The notes under the pieces were generated by a model. That model was given only the letters and a program-made list of their open reading frames with translations. It searched no databases and was not told the DNA's origin. The position numbers and the translations under genes are program-made. This document shows positions 55,784 to 64,000 of a stretch of DNA of 64,000 bases, piece after piece. This stretch comes from Camelus dromedarius. Taxonomy: Eukaryota. The stretch covers positions 52,578,001 through 52,642,000 of the forward strand of contig NC_087437.1 in assembly GCF_036321535.1 (NCBI RefSeq), given 5' to 3'. The first letter of the stretch is position 1. Each line of letters begins with the position of its first letter.

Positions 55784-58659
55784 TACGTACACACGTGTGT
55801 GCACATGTGACCAGGCAGATGTCACAGAGCACTATCAATTGCTACTTCCTGTGTACTATCAATAGAGCAAAGATACCCCAGGCATCTCATCTGAAATAAG
55901 AAAATGAATGTGTGGATTTTAACCACTTAATGTCACATATAAAAGGAGAAGATCATACTCTCTTCTCCTTCCAAGTGAGGTTTTTCTCCTCTCCCAGAAT
56001 TTTACTTTAATGGTTAAAACTTTTAATTTTGCTACCTGCTCACACTAGAGAATTTTATTAGAAATCAATTCCTTCTCTAAAAACTGTACTTTTGTGCTGG
56101 TCTCCTCCAGAACAATACAACACTGTTTATCAGCTGAAACCTCAAGCAGGTCTCTCGTGCACCTGTCATCCTCCTCCCTTTCTGTCTATCACCCCCTAGC
56201 CTTCATCTGAAAAGACACGAACACCCACCCACCTAGCAAGTTCCCTCTGTCATCAGGACCAACAGACCCTGGGGGAAACTTGCCCATGTTAGCTTTTTCC
56301 TGACTCCTCCTGCTTACAGAGAATGCTCCTTTGGCAAGTCAGGGCAGCCTGTGGTCTGTTTGTGAGGCGTTTTTCTTCTGGGTGGCAGATAATGCCTTCT
56401 CTTTAGCAGCTGTTCAGTCTGCCTCCTTGGCAGCCCTCAGAAACTCCCAGGTGGCAGTGTTTGTTTACCCCCACTTTGTAGGGGGTGAAACTGAGGCGCA
56501 AGAGGAGGAAATCACTGTTAGGATATGCTACAGAAACACAAGATAAAAGCTTCATGGATTATTTTTAAAAACTAAAGAGATTGCAACAAGAACTGAATCA
56601 CACCTTAAGACAGCATCGCCTTTCTTCACCACTTCCTTCGCCAGCCATTTATGAAGTGAACCTCTCCTGAGGGGCAACATTGGCAGATTTAAGTTTTCAA
56701 TTTTGTGTCATCTTGTGCTTTCTGGAGGAGGTATATTGAGCTTGGAAACAGGTGATTCAGTGGTATGGTGGAGACAGGGAAGTAAAAAGATAGGCTTGTA
56801 CGATCCAGGCTGAGATAATCAAACTAAGAATAATCAATCTGGTGGAGGCTGCACAGGGACTCCAAGAAATGACCCTTAGTTGTGCTCGCAGCTCACTGGG
56901 AAACTAAGGAATGGTCTCTGTACACCAGGTCTGGCGGGTAGAGAACTCAGGCCTGATGCTGTATAATTATGTAAACACACACACAGAATATAAACACATA
57001 TACATATGTATACATACATACACACATATATATATATATTTATATACACATTATTATATGTAATTATGTAATTAATATCAAGTTGTAAGAACCTACTATA
57101 TTAGGGTGTTTTCAAGACCAGACCTCATTATAAGGGAGAACTGTTAACCCTAAAACGATTGTTTTCTCTTGTCCCCAAAGGGATATGTCATTTTGTCTTT
57201 CTTTTGCTAATTAAGAGTTGAAAATTGTTGAAATGTTTCTTATTGGCTAAACTGGAGAGAAGACAATAAAATTCAGTGGAGACTTTGAGAATTAGGATCC
57301 ACTGAGGTTTGTGTGGGCAAGAGAAAGATTTTGTGGACTGTGGCTGTGTCTACAGTTCCATCAAATTTCATCAGCCACAGCCCCTGACTAGGGCACAGTT
57401 AAAATTATGCAAATAACCAATTTTGCATCCTTTGGAAATGACAATATTGGGTCATATTTTCATTAGACAGCACTCACTGCTTAGCTCCATGGCAGTCTAC
57501 AGTCAAAAGCTTATCAGGTAAAATTGTCTTCACAGAGTATTAGGACTGGGAAAGTCCTTAAGGAAACCCCTCCATTTAATAAATAAAGGAAACTGCATCC
57601 CAGAGAAGTAATTTATGCAAAGACACTAATAGCTTTTTGGATGAGAAGCCACATCTTCTGAGTCTCAAGATCTCTGAATCTTCTTCCCACCCCCACGTCA
57701 CTGTTGGCAGCATCCACCCTAGTCAGTCCATTAGCATTTGTGAACAACACTGGTGCTCCAGGCACCATGGCAGCCTCCTCATCATGATCTGAGGGTCTCT
57801 GATACATATGCCCAGCTCTTAACAGAAACTGAGGGCTCCAAGATGAGTGACATACAGTTTCTTCCCTGCTGGAGCCCCCAGGCTAGTAAGGGTCACATGG
57901 AACCAGATGAGTCCAGAATGAGGCAAAAATCATCCTAGAAGAATGGTTTTCCCATCCCACAAGAAACTATGGGAGCACAGAGGGGCCATAGCCAGCCTTG
58001 AAGGTGGGTAGAAACCTGAGCTGAATCTTCAAAAGAGAGTTGACATCATCCACGTAAAGAAAGGGGGCAACGGGTACTCAACCTGCAGTGGAAACAGCAT
58101 GAGCAAGGGTGGGAGGTAACCCAACTAAGCAGTTCAGGCCAGGCAACACCAGGGAAGCCAGGAGAGCCAAATCCAGCGAGAAGTTGAACTACATGGAGAT
58201 AAATCTCTCTGTACCTCTAAGTGGGGCTGCAATGAGCATGAGGTCAAAGCTAACACATGCTGGAGCCAAGGAGTCCTACATAGGCAATGGGACTGGGCAG
58301 GAATGAACAGAGTAGGTGAGAACGGAGCAGGAAGAGAGCTTCCCAGAAAGCACATGAGTGAAAGAGCCCAGCTGAGGCCTGTGAAGGCAGATACAGACAG
58401 TCACAAGATCACCACCGGGCTCTCCTCGTCCACTGAGGCCACGTGTGTTCTGAGTGCCAAGCTGGCTCTGGCCATCAGCCAACAAGAGTCTTGTTTCCTT
58501 GAGTTGTGAGCCCTCCAGGACTACAGCCGGACAGGTGGAGAGGTCAGAGGCTAAACTAAACCGGATTCCTGGTGAGCTGATATAACCGTCATCCTCTGTT
58601 CCCCTCCCTGCACCTGGGCTCTCACCCTGACAGAAGTGGAGAAAGAGTAAGGCTGGCAG

Positions 58660-58850
58660 CAAAGGTTCTGCATTCAAATCCCACCCAGCTACCTACGAAC
58701 TGAGTGACCCTTGACAAAGCTGCATTAACCTCCCTGACTCAGTTCCCTCATCTAAGCTCACGGGATTGTTAGATCAGATGAGAACGCACAGAAGCCTCTC
58801 AACATAGTGCCTGGCACACAGGAAGCGTTCTGCGAATGGTAGGTGCTCTT
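58660..58850 (+). mobile_element. MIR SINE remnant
   Basis: ttcaaatccca...gtgacccttgacaa...ctcagttccctcatct...catagtgcctggcacacaggaagc. Confidence 0.6.
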
Positions 58851-58875
58851 GTATTCTGTCTGAAAGGTAAGTTGG

Positions 58876-59050
58876 CCACTATACACAAAGCAAATAACCA
58901 ACGAGGATTTGCTGTCTAGTACAGGGAATTATAGTCACTATCTTGTAATAACCTATATTGGAATATAATCTAAAAGAATAACTGAATCACTTTGCTGTAC
59001 ATGTGAAACTAACACAATATCGCAAATCAACTATACTTCAATTAAAAAAA
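58876..59050 (+). mobile_element. 5'-truncated artiodactyl-type L1 3' end with TSD
   Basis: gtacagggaattatagtc...aactgaatcactttgctgtac...aaatcaactatacttcaatt plus A tail; TSD aaaggtaag(t/c)tgg at 58863-58875 and 59051-59063. Confidence 0.85.
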
Positions 59051-59097
59051 AAAGGTAAGCTGGGCCTTTAAATAAACTCCCATAATAGGCTAGACTT

Positions 59098-59620
59098 TGT
59101 GATGGATTTTATTTTCCAAAGACGACAGCAACAAAATCACCCACATGCTCTTCTTATGATGTGACTTTTTTGACACTCCTCCCGCAAGAGATGAGGTTCT
59201 ATCCTTGAATCCAGACAGGCTTATGACCACAGTGAAAGTGATAGTGTGTGGCTCTGAAGCTCGATCACACCCTGCCTCTCTTAGGAATGTTTGCTTTTGG
59301 AACCCAGCCACCATACTGTGAGGACACACAAGCAACCACACGGAGAGATCACTGTTCCAGCTGACAGCTCCAGCTGAGGTCCCAGCCAACAGCCAGCATC
59401 AAATCGCTGAAGATGTGAGCAAGTGAGCCCTCTGATGTCAAGTCACCCCAGCCTTTGAATCTTCCCAGCAGAGGCTCCAGACATCACGCAGCAGAGACAA
59501 GCCAAACCATTGTGCCCTTTTCAAATTTCTGACCCAGAGAAACTATGAATCTAAAACAATGGTTGTTGTTTCATGCCACTTAGTTTGGGTTTGTTACACA
59601 GCAACAGATAATCACTACAA
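59098..59620 (+). mobile_element. MLT1 (MLT1F/G-like) solo LTR
   Basis: tgtgatggattttattttccaaagac...tggaacccagccaccat...gacagctccagctgaggtcccagcc...tttgttacacagcaacagataa. Confidence 0.8.
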
Positions 59621-61489
59621 TTGTTTTAAGGCAATAGAGAGCCATGGAAAAGTTTGAGAGTGGTGAAAAGGCATGTCTAAAGTTTCTAGAAGATTAACCT
59701 GACTGTAGTGGATTGAGACTGGTGGCAGGGAACCCTAGCAGGAAACTACTGATACAATATCGAGGGCTCTGTGTGATACAAACCTGATACTGGGGGTGGG
59801 GAGAGAGTAAATATAGGGCTTCAAGAAAATAGAGTTCAAATGATTATAAGGTCTGAACCAATGGTGGAACTCCTGACAGAATCAGGTTCACTCAGAAAGA
59901 GGACTAATTTTTTTTCCGGTGGGCAGCAGGGAGAGAGGAGAGAAAGTAAATTACATTCTAAATATACTCAATCCACACGACGTTGGAATAATCTAAGAAG
60001 TGTCAAATAAGTGAGAAATTTAGGACCAAAATTTGAACACTGGTTTTGGTTAAAACCTTGAAAATGGATGAGATTACCTCTGAGATTATGCTGAGAAAAG
60101 GTCTTAATTTCCGCCTACATTTCAGGGAACAAGAGACGAGAGGGACCAGGTTTGGTCAGGCACAGAGGCAGGATCCTGGGAATACAACATCAAAACCAAG
60201 TTTTGGAAAAGTGTGATCATTACTAGTGCCAAGTGCAGAGAGGTCAACATAATGAGAAAAAAGGCTGGAACCAAAAAGGACACCAGGAAGGTACCCAGGG
60301 ACAGAGGAGGGCATCTCTGCCCCAACCGAAAGTGGAATCAGACACACGCCCTGAAGAGCGAAATGACACAAAGCCTGCTGAGCACATCAGAGGCTTCAGT
60401 CTCCATTCAGAGAGAATTTCCTGCAAGTCTAGAAGTGGATGGGAACTGTTAAAGTGAGATAGTGAAACAGGCACTTCTAAGGGTACACAGTGAGCACAGG
60501 AGCACCTCCACTTACCTACCTCACAAAGATAAAGCACAGATTGGATTCCTATAATGTGCTTTGAGTTATATAGTTATACTGGCATTCTAGTAGATCTGAC
60601 ACCTATCTTTCAGCCTTGCAGAGCAGCCATTCTCAGCATTTGCTGAACTCCACGACATTCCTGCGAGATAGATACTATCACTGGATGAGGAAACAAAGGC
60701 CACACAGCAAGTCAAAAGCTGAGACAGGATTGGAACAGGACCTGCCTTCTGCGTGGGGAAGGCCAGTTGGCTGGATTCCTTTTGTGTCAGTAACAGGTTC
60801 TTTGATCTGTAACACGGAAGAGGCTTGTTTCTGGGGAGGTTATGAAAATAGTTCATTAACGACCATAAGGTTCTCTGAAATTCACAGAGGAGGATATGAG
60901 TGGGGGAAATGCAGCCACCCAGGTTCTAGAAACAGTAAAAAAAATTCCGGGGACGAGGGGGAGTCTAAGAACACTGAGGCAGATCAGGGTACTGAGGAAG
61001 TCAGTCAGTCTGGGTGGTAACAGGCGTTTGGGGCAGGACCTTGGAGGGGTGGCTGTATGCCAGCCGTTCCACACACATCTTCCTTCTCCCTCTCTACTTT
61101 GGGCAGACAGCTGACAGTGGCTGGGTTGGACTGCGACTCTTGGCCTCAAAGACAGAGTAATGAGCTGACTTCCAGGCTGAGCTGTTGAACAAATGGGCAG
61201 GTTCAGTGGAGCAGAAGGGCTCTGAATCAGAGCACCTCAGGGAGCCACAGAAACAGTGAAAAGGAGGGGTTACGGTTTTGTGAAATGTTACCTGAAATCC
61301 CTAGAGAAGACATAGCGTCACAGCTCTTCCAGTATTACATCTACTTTTTTCTAAAAACTCGAGTTCTTTAAAAAAAAAAAAGTTAAAAAAAGCAATTGAT
61401 GACACTGCTTAAATAGTACTTCAACCTTTATTATAAATTAACAGCGGTGTAGTTTAAGGTAACTGAAGCTGGCATGGGGTAAGTAATAG

Positions 61490-61690
61490 ATATTTATTGA
61501 GCGCCTACAAGCAGCTACCTCATTTAATATTCACAACCCCCATATGAGGTGCTGGCAGCCCCATTTTACAGAGATGAAACAGAGGCTTAGAAAGGTTCAG
61601 CCTCTGCCCTAGGCCACAGAGCTGGCTTACAACAGAGCCAGGCTTTGAGCCCTGACATGCCTCCTCGCAGAGCCCATGTTCTTTTCTGTG
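61490..61690 (-). mobile_element. MIR SINE remnant
   Basis: atttattgagcgcctac...cccattttacagagatgaaacagaggcttagaaaggtt...gagccaggctttgagccc. Confidence 0.65.
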
Positions 61691-62339
61691 TGTTGCACTG
61701 TCTACCTCCCAGTAGTTACAAGTTCAACATTAGTCAGGTCTGAACTAATGAGACTTATTGTACTGCCTCAGAGATGGCTGCATCTCAGAACTGGAGGATG
61801 TGTAGGGAGGGGCACTTACATAATATACGCCTGGACAACACCTGCAATTCACAAAAGAAAGAGAAGACCAGGACCAATCCAATATATGACAGTTTCTGTC
61901 ATTCCTCCCCTCCCTGGAGAGCCCTCATTCAGTACTCTCCCGCTGTCCTACAGTTGTCCGAGGGACCCCTCACTGCTCCTGGATCTCCCCCCACCATTGC
62001 CACTTCATCAAGCACCATCCTTCTCCATTCCTTCAAAGCCTTGACTCAGTTGGCAAGAGTTGTTAGGTTGATTAGATAAACCAGTCCCTACTAAGTTGTT
62101 AGCTAAAACATTACCCACTCCTAGCATATGGGTTTTACTCAGTTAATATATATTTTACCCCCATAAGGGTACAAAGAAATAGTTACAATGATGGCCACCC
62201 CAGGCATCCTGGAAGACTGACAGAGGAGACAGCTTCTGGGCAAATCTTGTCCTTATTTCCCCAGATGGTCAATTAACCAGTCAACCAGCTATTACGTTCA
62301 CCAATGCCCACCAATGGATTAACTATTAGGCAGATCAAC

Positions 62340-62490
62340 TCATTTAATGAGGCAGGTACTATTATTACACACATTTTACATGGAGAAAACAGTCACAGAG
62401 AGGTTCAACATCCTCCCAGAGTCACACAGATAATCAGCAGCAGAAGCAGTATTCAAACCCAGGCAATCTAGACCCTGAGTCATGTTTCAT
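62340..62490 (-). mobile_element. MIR SINE remnant
   Basis: gaggcaggtactattatt...cattttaca...cacagagaggtt...gtcacacag...attcaaacccaggca. Confidence 0.6.
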
Positions 62491-62499
62491 CACTAAACC

Positions 62500-63960
62500 A
62501 ATATAGTTCTCAAAGTGTGATCTGCAGACCCTTAGGATCCCCAAGGCTCTTTCAGGGATTCCACAAGGCTAAAACTATTTTCCTAATAACACCACGATGT
62601 TATTTGTTCTTTAGCTGTTTAATATTTACACAGATGAGTGTAAAAGAAATGATGCGTAAAACTGCTGGAACCTTAACACAAGTCAAGGCAATGGCACCAA
62701 ACTGTACTAAGAGTCATTGCATTCCCATTGTTATGCACTCTCATAAAGGGGTTCTTGATAAGCAGTAAAAATGATGAATTTTTAATAATCTTGACGCTGG
62801 AGTACTGATTTTTTGAAGTGTTCTGTGTGACAAAATGTAAAGTACATAGAAGGCACTTCTGCATACTGAAGAAAGATGCTGTCACAAGGAAAGGCAATGT
62901 TTCACTGTTTGAGTTGCAAGCTGAAATAGCAGCTTTCTTCATGGAATACCATGTTTACTTGAAAGAACCACTGACAGCTATGGCTATTCAAAACTGCGTA
63001 TCTGACATATTCTTGAAAATAGATGAAGTGAGCCTGTCACTTCTAGGAAAACAACTAACTCTGCTGCTACATTTTGTTGCTAATGATGAAATATGACCTC
63101 TCAAGCAAAAATTAGAATTTGGAGAAACTATCATGAGCTTTCAGCTTTCCAATATTTAAAGACTTTACCGGTTAAGACTGGTCATGGTAGTGATGATTCT
63201 GATTTTTTGATACTGTATAATGCAACATGTCAACATTTGGAAGATCTGAATAATCCAGTGAATCAATACTTTCCAAATAACTAATGTATGATGTTACAAG
63301 ACCCTGCATTAGTAAGAGATTCTCATGTAACAGAATGTTAAATTTCATTCACAAGGTTTCAGATACAATATGGCAACTAACCTTTAAGAAACAACTATTT
63401 GTTAAGTTTTGGTGTAGTATCAAAGAAGAATATCCATAATTATCTTAAAAGCATTTTGAAATACTTTTTTCCCCAACTATGCACCTGGGTGAGCCCAGGT
63501 TTTCTTCATATACTTCAGCCAAAATAATATATTACATCGTATTGAATTTAGAAGCAGATATGCAAATCTATATGCCTTCTCTTAAGTAAAGCATTAGAGA
63601 TTTGCAAAAACATGAAGGTAAAACAATGCCACTACTCTCACTAAATTTTTTGGTTTTATAAAATGCAGTTGACCCTGTGGGTCTGAACGTATGGGTCCAC
63701 TTACGAACTTTTCTCAGTGGTGAATACTACAGCTCTACACTACCTGCGGTTGACTGAATCTGCAAATGCGAACCTGTAGTTATGGAGGAACCACAAGGCA
63801 CATGTGGAGGACTGACTGTAAGTCATACGTCGATTTTCGACTGTGCAGAGACTCGGTGCCCCTAAGCCCTGCGGTATCCAAGGGTCAACTGTATAGTTAT
63901 TTTAAATAAAATGTTATTTATGTTAACATGTAATTATTTTATTATTTTTTAAGTGAATTA
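62500..63960 (+). mobile_element. Charlie1-like hAT DNA transposon remnant with transposase fragments
   Basis: Left end gttctcaaagtgtgatctgcagaccc; ORF 62818-63096 (LFELQAEIAAFFMEYHVYLKE) resembles Charlie/hAT transposase; decayed and interrupted by a Tigger element. Confidence 0.7.
63666..63891. mobile_element. MER8/Tigger2-like MITE nested in the Charlie element
   Basis: Terminal inverted repeats cagttgaccct ... agggtcaactg followed by TA. Confidence 0.8.
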
Positions 63961-64000
63961 ATACTTTCAAACTTTTTAAAATTGAAGTATAGTCAGTTTA

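Noticed and set aside
34911..64000. Nested protein-coding gene, alternative first exon or RNA gene within intron 2
   Set aside because: No ORF here resembles a known non-transposon protein and no snoRNA or miRNA could be supported by eye; non-coding exons cannot be excluded without expression data.

Overview
Mammalian genomic DNA lying entirely inside the IGF2BP2 (IMP2) gene, which is transcribed on the minus strand. Eleven coding exons, homologous to human exons 3-13 (numbering from memory; the last is cut by the window edge), map between 1 and 34910. All have GT/AG boundaries and compatible phases, and they encode RRM2, the linker, KH1, KH2 and most of KH3. Positions 34911-64000 are part of the long intron 2. 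The introns contain ordinary mammalian repeats (L1 fragments of several ages, MIR, L2, MLT1, MER3/MER5/MER58/Charlie/Tigger) plus four copies of a short tRNA-derived SINE resembling the camelid Vic-1 type, so the source is probably a camelid (inference). I found no convincing new biological system. The best lead is an inverted SINE pair closely bracketing exons 6-7, which could promote a 408-nt stop-free circular RNA, with QKI and RBFOX motif clusters nearby. Other leads are an intronic CpG-rich patch, a CCAAT/ETS/AP-1 cluster, several unusual L1 architectures and a 263-nt pure purine tract. Repeat family names come from recalled consensus sequences and their boundaries are approximate unless target-site duplications (TSDs) are given.
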